Below are positions 37,901 to 50,277 of a DNA stretch of 64,000 nucleotides, piece after piece. The stretch's first letter is position 1; every line of letters starts with the position of its first letter. Source of the DNA: Takakia lepidozioides (lineage: Eukaryota > Plantae > Bryophyta); the NCBI GenBank assembly GCA_030704615.1, contig CM060732.1, positions 28,768,001-28,832,000 on the forward strand. The letters run 5' to 3'. The position numbers and the translations under genes were made by a program. Under the pieces are notes generated by a model. That model was not told where the DNA came from. It worked only from the letters and a program-made list of their open reading frames with translations, and searched no databases.

Positions 37901-39925
37901 TCACGCATGCTGACTGCCTTGCAGGTATATGAAATACGTGCTCCTTCAGACAGGGGCCCTGGCTCAAGAGCCCCCGTTCTTCATGGCTTGGACCGTGGCG
38001 GGCCCAAGCTGTGTCTACACACCCGAGATGCAGAAACAATGGCATCCCGCGCATCTCGTTGGATGCCCGTGGTACCTGGACATGTCTGGCGGTATTGTTG
38101 ACGAGTCTGAGAAAGATCTGCACGCCTTGGCAGAAGAGAAGAGAAAGGAAAGACGTGTCCCTGCTGGGCCAAAGTCGGCAAAGGAATCTGCTGCTCTGGA
38201 AGAATCCAGAAAGGCAGCTGAGATGGCACAAAAGACGGTGGATGCAGCTGTGCAGGCCCAACAGAAGGGGTCGAAGAAGAGGACTCGCCAGCAAGGAGCA
38301 GCTGTTGTGACACCCGCCAAAACGAAGAAGCAGAAACAGCCTGTTCAGGAAGAGGGTGAGGAAGAGGACTCCGATGGAGACTTTGCAACCAGCCCACCCC
38401 CCCAAACGCAGGCTGCCTCCCCTGTGCCCACGTTGTCACGAGAGGCACGAGAACTGGCTCGGCAAAGAAGGCACTCTTCAACCCCCAGGGGGGCACCCTT
38501 TCGAGCCGGTGGAAATGAAGAGGCCGAAAGTGGCTCCCGAAACAGTAGTCCAGTGTGTAAATGAGAGTTTCTTGGCGGCTTTGGATGGACGGGCAGCCAA
38601 GTTGGCATACATGAAGACCATGGAGGGTCTGAAGGGCAGAGCACTGAAGAAGGCGACTGCCGAAGAGCCTTCCGACACCCCAGGATTTCAGAATATGGTC
38701 TCGTTCTTTGAGAGGGTGTGTGCAGACAAGGATTGTAGGAGGGGCGGAAATGCCACCGAGTGGTCTTGCGATATGATCATCTTGGATATTCCGGACGGAG
38801 AGCCTGTGGAAGGACTGCAAGCTTTGCCATCTTGGCTGCTTTGTGAAGGAGAACTCCACCTTTGCTTTCCGGAAGGAGGGAGGAAAGGTTGACCCGAACT
38901 GCGACCCCTCGATTACGACGTTCTGTTCAACAACGTTCCCAAGGAACTTCTCCCAGCCTCACTTCAACGGAACCCCTGCGGTACTCACGGACTCGGAGCC
39001 CTGCCTTCATTCAGACAATTATGGAGACATGCACAGACGTGGAGGGCACAGTGCTCGACCTCATCTGTGGGACAGGTATGCAGAATCTTGATCTATGCTG
39101 TTCTGCAAATTCTCGTTAGGATGTAGTTCGCAACATCTGAAGCGCCATGTGGTAATGTGTGGATGGCATTGTAACAGGTGCCTCAATGTGGGCTGGGCGG
39201 TTTTCCGACCGGCACCTCTTTGCCTACGAGGAGGATTCATCCGTGTGGGGATCCCATCTGGAGGGCTGCAACGGAATGTTAAGGCTCCCGACAGAGCGGA
39301 AGTCTCCTCGGATTCGTCGGAGTCCGAGGAAGACACAGTGGACATTGATGCGGAGGAGAACCCGGAATACGAGTGAGTGCAAACATTGTAAGTTTGCAAA
39401 GCCTTCTGGGTCATTTTGTCAAACGAATTTCCGACTGTGGTTCTCATTAGTCTCGTTGATGATTGTCATGTGCAGGATTGCAGGGTCCGGTCGAAACATG
39501 TAGGGCCTACACTTCCTGCCAGGAAGAATGTCCCGTTCTTTGCGAGGGCCGACTTCATGACGAGCCCGGTGAGGGACTACTCCCTTCCTAGTTATGCAGC
39601 TAAACTCGCAAATACAGCGATTAGAAGAAGTGAGAATCCCAGTAAAGTAGAGCAGATTTTGGAGAGGGCTAGGGAGGACAGAAGGATAAGGAAAGAGTTG
39701 GCAGCAGCTCAGACAGGTAGACGGGTACGAAAGTACATATGTGATTCAGCGGATGAGAGCGACGCAGACAGGGAGGAAGACGACCCAACGGAGGTGAGAT
39801 GGACAGTTCCGCAAGGGGAAGATGGGATTTTCGAAAGCCTGGCCAACGAGCAGTCCGCTGGAGATGAGAAAGGCACTGAGGGGGTGGAGGCGGAGCAGGA
39901 CAGTCTAGAACAGGATGAGGGATGA
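34950..39925 (+). CDS. Multi-exon cargo gene: ParB/Srx-like domain + beta-class N4C/N6A DNA methyltransferase-like domain
   Basis: WDGNHRLLAW (ParB-like), CDMIILDIPDG (motif IV-like) and SPAFIQTIMETCTDVEGTVLDLICGT^GASMWAGRFSDRHLFAYEED (motif X-I-II-like, joined across intron 39076-39177). Further GT-AG introns at 36597-36708, 36899-36996, 37479-37561, 37822-37924 and 39373-~39483. The start is uncertain, and 324 bp are missing at 38835/6 relative to copy 2. Confidence 0.75.
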
Positions 39926-40075
39926 TTTTCAAGATTAATAGAATTTTAATGAAGTCTCTGTAAATGTAAATTCTCTTCCAGAGTATATAAAGGAAATTCT
40001 GCCCGACATTCGTGACCCCTCTCCAGTGTGCATTCCAGCCACACAATCGCCCAAACCACGACGCTCCCAAAATCA

Positions 40076-40780
40076 GAAATGGGGCACCGCATTTCCAAAA
40101 TTTTGGCAACTCTAAAAACCTCTTTTGAAATGCGGCACCGCATTTCCAAAACAGGGGAGGGACTAAATTTTCCATTTCAATGTTGGCATAGTAAAAAGTA
40201 ATCTGAATTGGAAATGCGGTGCCGCATTTCCAAAATTTCCTTTGTCCACACGCCAGTTTTGGCCTCTCCCCGCTCATTGCATGGATGCCACCACGCTTAC
40301 AGAGGTCGAACAAGGAGGTCGAACAAGGAGGTCGAGATGGCGGATTGGAAAATGCGGTGCCGCATTTCCATATTGGGGATGGTCGTTGTTCGAACTGCAG
40401 GCCCATCAGCAAAAATTGGCACCGCATTCCATTGTAAAAAAAAGTCGATGACGGACATGGAAATGCGGCGCCGCATTTCCAGAACGGACATCGCAATTTG
40501 TCCATTTGCAGACCCTCTCACGGAAATGCGGTAACGCATTCCATCGCGCTGGTCGGAAATGTCACACTTTTCGAAGTGTTGGACGGAAATGCGGCACCGC
40601 ATTCCCTTGTCCAAAAAGAAGTTTCCATTGCCAAGCTGGAAATGCGTCGCCGCATTTGCAATGCCAACCTCGTTTCTGTCCAATTTATAGACCCGTGTTG
40701 GTATTTCGTGTACCTGGACGGAAATGATGCACCGCATTTGTCCGACATGAAATGCGGAGGAAATGCGGTGCCGCATTTCA
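40076..40780. repeat. Palindrome array 2 (~10 units)
   Basis: Same 22-bp palindrome, between the convergent 3' ends of the cargo gene and orphan ORF A. Confidence 0.95.
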
Positions 40781-41034
40781 ATGTCCGACATGGCGTTACT
40801 CTGGTATATTCTTGACACATGACTCACATACCGGTTACTCTTATATTCATCCGGACAGACAAATTGTAGAAATGAGACATCAAATTGTAAACAGTGGGCC
40901 AATTCCGACAGTTATTCAACAGAATGAAACACAATCATACAGAAGTGAGGTACGATGGGTTTATTGATCGGACACGATGTCTCACATTTACCAACTGCAG
41001 ACAAAACTAAGCCCTTCCTCCTTCTACATGGGCT

Positions 41035-41600
41035 TCACCAAGTCGACGGAACTTCGATACCCCTCAAAACAAGCTCATCACTGCTGCGGCACCTCGAGGT
41101 AAACTGCAATTCGGTCGTTCTGCTGCCCTTGCTGGAGCCGACGACAATGTCATGTCCATCAATGATACCACCATCATACATTGACAAGGTCACTGTGGGC
41201 CTCATGTGCCCGTGCGATTCGTCTTCGCAACTCAGCCGAATGTCTCCATACACTGGAAGAGCGGAGTGATCTGCACGTATATAGTTTTCCCCGGTGCCGT
41301 CCACTGGCAGCAGTTCCAGCGCCAAGCGAGGCCGTGCGTGATCTGTCCGGCATCCCTTTCCAGCTTGGTATCGAGGTCAACAATTTTCAGGACCCACGGA
41401 CCGCATTGACCCTCGCCCTCACCTCGCTCAAAGCGGTAATAGCCCTCCAGATACTCCATTGCGCGCAAAGACTCTTGCTTGATTCCAGCAGCGTCTGTGA
41501 AAACAGAGAGCCAGACAATGATGTCTCCTGATTCTGGTTTGAACATAGCATAATCGTGGCCATGATAAGGGCAGTCGGCTGGATTTCGGCGGCACGGCAT
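41035..41600 (-). CDS. Orphan ORF A (~190 aa, intronless), paralog of ORF B
   Basis: MPCRRNPADCPYHGHDYAMF..RWNCCQWT..YGDIRL..DGGIIDGHDIVV..ELVLRGIEVPSTW*, reconstructed from both element copies. GATCAATAAA lies downstream. Confidence 0.7.
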
Positions 41601-41646
41601 CCTTGAAAAAGAGTAGCGGAGTACGCTCAATGACAGCAGCTCCCGG

Positions 41647-42150
41647 ATGGAGGAGGAGGAGCAGCGCGGTGGCTGGAAAAAGTTCAAGCTAACGCTGCAA
41701 TTCCTCACAAACACTCCAGGGCACATTTAAATTTCCCCCCTACAGGATCCTGGACCGATGAAGATTGGCTGCTGCATGAATGTAGCCGTTTCAGTTTCCT
41801 ACCCTGCCATGCAAACTATGGGCAGTCACTGCCAGGTGGGCCGATAGCCACTGGACACGACGAAGTCCATCCCCTCTTCGATGTAAATGCGGCGCCGAAT
41901 TTCCATCCGGGGGGATGGACTTCGGTGGCAGATCTCAAACTATAACTTGTTGATGAGAAAGATGTATGGGTTCATCCACCGCTGGCGTGATGAACACGTT
42001 CCACCTCCGTCGGTGGGTACGTGGGACCCAGATGCTCCATTATTGGAGGCCGGACTGCTCTTCCGCTTCGCATCATTTCCAAAATCTAAGGGCTTCGTAG
42101 CTGTCCGCAAGGGTCATCGGCATCCAAGTCGTCCTCAGGTCCTCCTTTGC
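41647..42150 (+). CDS. Possible orphan ORF C (~160 aa)
   Basis: MEEEEQRGGWKKFKLTLQF..GSWTDEDWLLHECSRFSFLPC..LLMRKMYGFIHRWRDEH, assembled across frameshifts in the two copies. Confidence 0.45.
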
Positions 42151-42154
42151 AAGG

Positions 42155-42713
42155 ATGCCGTGCTTCCGGAACCGGGACGACTGCCCATTTGGAGGCATCG
42201 ATTATGCAATGTATTCGGCCACATCGGGAGACATTGTTATCTGGTACACAGATTACACAGAAGATACTGGTTCGATTGTGGAAACATTGGTGGCTTTTGA
42301 GTATATCGTAGGCCACTACGCCTTCGAGCGGGGTGACGATCTTGGTCTGAGGAGTCCGTGGCTCCTGCGCATCCTCGATTCCGATTTTCCCAGCTACGAC
42401 GGTCACCCATGCAGAAGAAGGCGCACTGCTATGCTGTTGCGGTGGAACTGCTGCCACTGGACGTGGGTGGACTCCATCGGAGAGACCTATTCTCCTGAGG
42501 AGTGCGCTCCCTTCTCCATTGTATGGGGACATTCGCATTGGTGTGGACGACGAAAACGTGAAGATTTCCATATTCGATGGTGGTATGATTGAAGGGCAGG
42601 ACATTGTGGTGAACATCACTAGGGGCGGTACAACGGCAATCGACTTTACATGGAGGAGCCCCATGACTCATGAGCTAGTTCTGAGAGCAGTCGAAGTCCC
42701 ATTGACAACGTGA
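42155..42713 (+). CDS. Orphan ORF B (~186 aa, intronless), paralog of ORF A
   Basis: MPCFRNRDDCPFGGIDYAMY..RWNCCHWT..GDIRI..DGGMIEGQDIVV..ELVLRAVEVPLTT*. GATCAATAAA at ~42792. Confidence 0.7.
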
Positions 42714-43039
42714 CTTGTATTCAGTAGGCACAGGGCTAAAGATTTGATGGCACAATCAGCAGTAGACGTGCTTCAAATGCAATTCATGTGGATCAATAAA
42801 AACCTCATTGTGCCCTCTTTTTATTCTATTCTGTGTCCATCGTTCCGAGAATGCGTCATTGCTCATTTCGTTTGGGATTGGGAGTGTGGGTGGATTTTGC
42901 AAGTGGCTGGTAGGCTGAAATGGGCCCCCATTGTACAGAGCAGTACCACCCTACCATTCGCGAAACATTGCCTTTCAATATATAATTCTAAATAACATTG
43001 CCGAACCTCCTTCATCGGGAGGTCCTTCTCCCCCTATGA

Positions 43040-43258
<219 letters not shown>

Positions 43259-44029
43259 TGGGCATGGAAATGGTGAGGCTGACAAGTGATCCAAGGTCTG
43301 GCTAGTGGGGTTTCAATGCCATGGATACTCAACTGAAGATCATGGATTGCACTAGAAGATAAACCGGCTTTTTCCACGGCTTTTTCCACACTTTTTGCTG
43401 TGGAATCAGCCGCAGTCCACACCTGCCGTGGGTGTAAGAAACAACGAGTGCTTTCGGACATCCCGTGGACGGCCTGGCTCTCGGGTGGCCCTGTGGAAAA
43501 GTCCACCCGTGGCTTTTTCCATGGATGTCTTTTTCACGGGGTGCATGGTGACATGGCCGATGGCATATCTGACATGGCAGAGTGTGAAAAATGCCAGTGT
43601 GGCATGTTTCACGGCAGATTTCACACCTTGAACAAGCCACTATGCGACACGTGTCATATTTCACACCTTCGACGAGTCACTATGCAACACGTGTTCGTTC
43701 CTGTGTGGTGGTACGCATTAATTAATTATTAATTGATTTCTAATTTTTTTATTCTAATATTAAGTTTGAATATTAATGGATTTAATTTATTGTTATTATT
43801 ATGACGATTATTATTATTATTATAGGAAAAATGGACAGTGGCTTTGATGAGAACATTATTAAATAACAAAATATTGAAATTATGTTTTTAGAAATTATAT
43901 TTATTCGCTCAGATACCAAAACACACCCTTTGCAGGGAATGAGAGTTTGTCTTCGTGTCTATGCTGAGTTGCGTCTCCTACTCTCTGTAATCTAATAGTC
44001 ATTCACATTTTTCCCTCGGTTGTCTCACC

Positions 44030-44550
44030 CTTGACTGGGGTCAGAAAAGCATTCATCCACAGCTTCTCCTCATCTCTGTTACATGTTTCTGGATACTTTC
44101 CTATTGTCACTTTGGCAGTATCATGTCAAAATCACTCCAAACTATGTACCATACTCATGCAGGTTCTTGTAGCTATCCTTCCACAGGGAATCATAAGTAA
44201 TCTGGAGCTTGAAATCTGGCCCTTGGATGACACTCTATCCCTGCTCCTTCAGCTATCCATGCCTCTGCACAAATTATGCATACATCATTGCATTGTTGTT
44301 AGCAGCTGACAATGGCAGCCTAGATTTGTTCCAGCAAACACCCAACTCAACTTATCACACCAGTTCCTATTCTCAATTGCATCTACCACTCTGTAATCCA
44401 AAGGCATTTACCTTCCAAGACGGTTGTCCCACCATTGACTGGGGTCAGAAAAGTATTCATTCCACAGCTTCTCCTCTCTGTTACCTATTTCTGGATACTT
44501 TCCTATTGTCACTTTGGCAGTATCATGTCAAAGTCACTCCAAACTATCAA
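44030..44550. repeat. ~115-bp direct duplication
   Basis: TTGACTGGGGTCAGAAAAG..GATACTTTCCTATTGTCACTTTGGCAGTATCATGTCAAA..CACTCCAAACTAT at ~44031 and ~44435. Confidence 0.8.
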
Positions 44551-44729
44551 AGGTTTACTCAACCAGCTAACTTGCATAATTCTTAAACATGAAAAATTTA
44601 GGGCGATATGATAAGAAGGGAAAACAGAGTGAAATGTGTTGAAGAAGGTGCCTTGATTAGCATTGCCTGATTTTATCAATTGTGTCGTTGCTGCTGCGGC
44701 TTCTAGTTGACCATCTACCCATGCAGGTT

Positions 44730-45865
44730 TCTTGGAGCTATTTTTCTACAGGGAATCACCCCTTCCCGCATCATTGCCATTAGGTCTCCAAAGCCTCCAT
44801 CCGCGCCCTTGCTGTGCATATCCTGCAATCATCGCACTCCACGACACCACATCTCGTTCAGCCATACTGTCGAACACTTCCTTTGCATCCTCGATGCACC
44901 CACATTTGGCATACATGCAGTCCACCAGGGCAGTGTTCAGAATGACATTGGGTACAATTCCAGATTTGACGATGTCACCATGGACCTCTTTGCCCTTTCC
45001 AGAGCTCCCAGGCTTGCACATGCATTACAAACAAATGTGATGTGGTTGGGCTTCACCCCTTTGCGCAACAGTTGCACATAGGTCTCCAAAGCATTCCTAC
45101 CACACCCATGTTAAATCCTGCCAACATTATATTCAACATGTTCAAAGTTCGTTGAGGCATTCCGTTGAACACTCGGTGTGCATTCATGATGCTCCTGCAC
45201 TTAACATACATATTCACAAGGGTGTTGAGGAGAAAAACACTTGGCGTGAATCCACTTTGGATAATGTGAGTGTGCACCTACTTTCCAGCTTCCAGACCCT
45301 TCAATTTGATGCACTTAAGCAAGAGACAAACATACATATTTGAATCTGCTGAAATGCTCCTTCGTTTAAAGGTTGTAGAGCCTCTTTCAGTCTGCCTGCC
45401 TCACAAAGCATCTTCACATGCCCAGAAGAGCCAGAAGAGGCATTATGGACTCCCTCTCTTGATCCTCTTTTAGAAGTTGTGGTCATGGTTGAGGTGCCTG
45501 ATTTAAATCAGGGCTGCCAGGCCTGCAATGCACACAAACATGATGTGGCCGGGCTGAACCCCTTCCCCCATCATTTGCTCATAGGTCTCCAAAGCCTCCA
45601 TCCCACGTCCCTGCTGTGCATACCCTGCAAGCATCGCACTCCACGACACCACATCTCGTTCAGCCATAGTGTTGAACACTCCCTTTGCATCCTCGATGCA
45701 CCCACATTTTGCATACATGTCCACTAGGGTATTGTTCAAAATGACATTTGGTACAATTCCAGCTCTGAAGATGTCACCATGGACCTCCTTCCCCTTTTCC
45801 AAAGCTGCCAGGGCAGTGTTTCAAATGACATTAGGTACAATGCCAGCTTTGATGATATCCCCATG
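44730..45865 (-). pseudogene. PLS-class PPR gene fragments (duplicated, frameshifted)
   Basis: GKEVHGDI..NVILNNTLVDMYAKCGCIEDAKGVF..RDVVSWSAMLAGYAQQG occurs twice. Also LCEAGRLKEAL and NTLVNMYVKCRSI. The upstream end is cut by the Gypsy LTR. Confidence 0.9.
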
Positions 45866-46692
45866 TGTCACACGGCTTTTACTCACCCATCCCTTCGCTA
45901 TCCGCGGGGGAAACTCCAAGATAGAAGAGTTGGATATCTCTAAGCATTCAGCCCACGTGAAACAATCAGTCATGACCTGCAGCTAGTGAATCATTGTTGG
46001 GTTTCCAATTATATTCCTTATCAGTTTATATTCCCTGTTTATCATGACCAAGTATCTTTTAAAGCGTCAGATTGCTTCTTGGGCCCCCTGATTTCATTCA
46101 TACACAGCTTCACTCAAGTCTCTCAACACAAGGTGTTTGTATCGGATGAGAATCAGATTAATCATAATCGGATACATGCTGATGTCCTAACTTCTCTAAT
46201 CTATCCCTCTAAGTAATCCTACATCTCGTACTAACTCTGTCCTATAGTATCTCCTTCCTCCTCGCCAGCTTCTCCCTTCCTTCGATCTAGTCCTTCCCCA
46301 GGAGTGATCTCCGTGGCTAAAGTCCCCCAGCAGTGATCTCCATCCCCAAAAAGTGATCCTCTCCCGTCTCCGCTGCCCCCTTTATCTCCTTCCCTCCTGT
46401 TCTAACCGTTTTCCTTCACTAACCGTCCTCCGTGAATTACATGTTCCCTGGCAGATGTTGTTCCCCACAGTCGTTCCCTGTCATGATAACCGTTCCCTAC
46501 GACTGTGACAGTTGTGACTGACTGTGCGACTGTGTCAGACTGTGACGGCTGTTTCGGGCTGTGTCGAGCTGTGACTGGCTGTGACGGGCTATCTCAAAAA
46601 ATTAAGGGTACCCTCAGAACCCATAGAAGTGTCTAAGTCCCAGACTCCACAGAACCCATAAAAATGCCTAAGTCCCAGACTGCCTCCTAACA
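45866..46692 (-). repeat. 3' LTR (827 bp)
   Basis: The minus strand begins TGTTAG right after the PPT (TTTTTTGAGAGGGGAAGGGTAA, ~46693-46714) and ends GTGACA at the PPR junction. Internal CTGTGA repeats and a duplicated AAGTCCCAGACT. Confidence 0.8.
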
Positions 46693-46723
46693 TTACCCTT
46701 CCCCTCTCAAAAAAGCCGTGTCC

Positions 46724-49700
46724 TCACGGTTTACTGCTTAGGATCAGTAAATCTTTGTGAACGTGGTCCTGTCTGTTTGTGAGAGTGCCGTGGAGGGCTC
46801 TCTGTACGTGCCCGAGTTCTATGACTGCTTGCTGGAGATGCTTGAGCTGTACTTGAACCTGATTTGTTGCCCTTTGACTGAACCGGCTGTAATGGCTCTG
46901 GTGTGGGAGATCCCCGTCGTTTCTTGTCGTGCAGTGCTTGATCATATTCCTCCCATATGTCAAGAGTTTGTTCTGAAGTTTCAGCTGTTGTGTCCGAATC
47001 TGCTTCAGTCCTGCAGTTTTTGGTTTTCTTGCCTTTCTTGGTTTTCTGGAATGAAAATTGGCATACAGTGTGGCCCCACCATGTCAGGAACCTTAAGCTT
47101 CACAACGTTGTGTAACCTGTTGAAAAGCAAGTTGATTGAACTTCAACAATTCCTTCTCAGTATAGGTGAGAGGTGTGCCAGTAACTTTGGAGCAGTATAG
47201 GTATTGCCAAGCTGTCTGCTCCTTATTAAAAATGTCGTCAATATGTCGTTTTTCGTTGCTCAAGTTGTTCCAGGCCATGTTAAACCATGAACGGAGTTGT
47301 GAATCCCTCTGTAACATGATTTTCACATCATATAAATACGTATGATGCGGCACCACAGGTAAGGTCCAATGATCTGTAGTGGAATAAGTCAGAAATCTGG
47401 ACTGCATCTTTCTGCTGCTCAATGTGGTAACGTGCAATGAAACAAGCAGTATAATAAATTCCACAGCCCATGACCAAACTCGCTACTTCCTTTGTTTTGG
47501 TGTGAATGTGCCCATGAACAACCTGGAAAGCTATTAACTCCTTCAACATGGTGCCTGCCTCAGACCAGTACCTTGAAAATGATGATCCTCAATGAGCTGA
47601 TTCATTGCCAGAATCTTAGTCCGAGTGGCCACTGGCAACCAAATGCGCATTATTGGTAGTAGTGTGGAAAGGATTTGTGGAGGACCAAATTGATTCCAAG
47701 CCAAATCCAAGCTATTTGGAATTTCATTGAAGGGCATGATCATTGCTCGGTTGTATTCCCGTGCAGCATGAGTCTTGGGTGGTTTGAAAGCAGCATTTCC
47801 CCATACCTCAGGCCGTGCAACTGCTGTCATAGGAGATTCAGTAACCTGTACAGCCACCTGCTGTGAAACTGGTTCTATTGGTGTTTCCACCATTGGCATC
47901 CCCTGCACTTCTTGCGAAGAAGACCGAAAACTAGAGTTCTGGCCCTCAAATACGCCTCCATGAGATGTTCTTCAGGAATCATGAGCCTTTGGTCTATGTT
48001 TGAACTCAAGTCCTCCACTTGAGTCTGCAGTGTATCCACATCCTCTTGGAGCTCTCCTATTCTACTATAGACATTGTCTATAGTAGTGGTGGCAATATTC
48101 TGCACTTGCAGCCTCAGGTCATTCATCTCCCCCTGGGTGAGCTTTTCTCGGTGCTTTCCCTTCCACTGGCCCTTGTGCTAACCATACTTTTAAAAGTTGG
48201 TCATCCACTCTGTCCTGTGTAACATCTCTGAGACTCTGCTCCTCCTTGAGTCTGTAGGCATCTAACTGCTGTTGCAATCCTTGCATGCGCTTCTCATGAG
48301 GTTCAACTAAATTGGCATAAGCTGCAGCCAGATTATTGGCTTCCCTCGCTGCCTTGTTAGCTACAGAGAGTTGATTCCTATTCGACATAAGGGTCTGTTG
48401 TAACTCCACAATGTACTTCTCCTGGTTAGCCTCAACCTGTTTGTATTGTTGTAAAGCACCCTCATTGTGACATATTGTATCTTTGAGGTCCACAATGAAT
48501 TTGGCTTGCTCCACTACCTCCGTTTCTGCCCTTACACATCGCTCCCTCTGCTGGTTGGCTTCTGTTGTGGCTTGCTCTAGAACATTGTGAGGGTGGCACA
48601 TTGCACCGTCATCCTTTGATGTACTACCTCCAACTCTGCCTGTTGTTCCTTTAGTCCTTGCATCTCATCCTCATGCTTGTTCTGCAATTGGAATAATTGC
48701 TGCTTGTGTATCTCCTGCAGATGGTCTTGCTCCAGACCCCCTCAATCAGTTGCTGCTTAGCAAATTGCAGAGCATTCTTTGTTTCCCTCAACTCCTGTTG
48801 CAACTGCAGATGCACTTCCATCTCAACTTTGTTAACACACTCGGTTGCCAACCGATTTTTGAACTCTTTTCTGAGTTCCTCCTTCAGAACTTCCAACTGA
48901 GTCACTGGAACATGTGACTTCATGTAAGTTCCCAACAAATTGAGGGTTCGGCTTATGGAGTTCATCAGCATAGCCTGCTGAGGCCCATCATGGTTAACAT
49001 GCTGCTGTTCACCCCTCTCATCCATAGGATGATGCCTCACAAAACCACTCAGGCCACTGCTCCACCAGATCCTCCTTCTCAATTTCCTCATTTCTCCCAG
49101 ATGCTGCTGCTGTGTCCTGATGTTCCTCTTCTGGAACTTGTGGCGCTGGTGGGGGGTATTACCTGCACATCAGGAAGTTCACTGGACAGATTTTGGACCT
49201 CTGGCTCCACTCTCTCTCTGAGCAAACTAGTCTTCATAGAGAAGATCACCTCTCTCAATCTCTGCCACCACTTGCTCTGTAGTTGGAATATCTAACCCTT
49301 CTGTTTCCAAATCTATTATTTGTGGAGGAACCGCATGGACCACTTGTGGTAACTCTTTGGCAAGCCGTTCACCTGGCTGTGATGGCTGTGATACTGAATT
49401 GACTTCCTGTTCCCTCTCCACAGGTTGTGCTGTTTGTAACCCTTGATCTCTGTGCTGTTGTACCCTCTCCTGCACAAGAGCTTGAGTAACTTCTTCCTCC
49501 TGCTGCCTTGTAGCTAATGGTTCGGCTTCCAACGTGATCCCTTTCCTCTGTTTTTGGGCTGTTGATGCTCTGCCAATCCCCTTCACCCTGTGAAGAACCT
49601 TGCTCTTCTATGGTAGTGGTTGTTATTTCAAACACTCCCATTTCCTTCCTTTCTCTCGCATCAAGTACGCATGAGTCTAGGATGATTTGTGCAATGACTG

Positions 49701-50277
49701 GCCCAGATACTATGATAGGAGATTTAGCGGCAGTTCCCTGCAATCTTTCATCTCCTCTACCAGTCCGTTGTACATGATGTTCTCCCATGCTACCTCTTCT
49801 CTCCTCTCAGGCCTTTGAGTATTTCCTCTGTGAAGGATCTGCTCAAATACTGCTGGTTCTGTTTCATGGCAAACAGAACGTTCAATATCTGGCCTACCTC
49901 CTGAGCCCTGGGTACACCGCTTTGGTACAAGCATAGCCTTGAGTTTAAAGAAACTCCCTTCTTCAAACAAATCTTTCATCTGCAATCTAGCCCTGTGCTC
50001 GTCCACATGAACCTGACCTGCTGGCAATGAAAACAGTTGCTGTAGGTATAAGGGAGTAAGTTCTAATTCAACTCCCTTCACCATTGTGGCTCTGTCTTTG
50101 GTCAAAGTTCTGCAAGAATTCTAACATGTACGATGGTGCAATGTCCAATCCTTGTTTTGCAATCTTGTAATCGCAGTTCCTCAGTAACTTCACCGCGTAT
50201 GGCGTCGCAATCGTCTGTTTCTGCAGGATTGTGGTGCTTTTCACCTTGATGTCCTCCATCCCTCTTACTCTCTTCAT
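46724..50277 (-). CDS. Retrotransposon extra ORF (Athila/Tat-type accessory, coiled-coil), frameshifted
   Basis: Contiguous same-strand ORF pieces covering ~3.5 kb. The N-terminal MLEFLQNFD..MVKGVELELTPLYLQQLFSLPAG resembles plant-TE accessory domains; the middle is E/Q-rich with heptads. Confidence 0.65.

Noticed and set aside
34950-39925. Bacterial/prophage contamination as the source of the ParB-MTase gene
   Set aside because: The gene has GT-AG introns and lies inside a TSD-bounded eukaryotic transposon.
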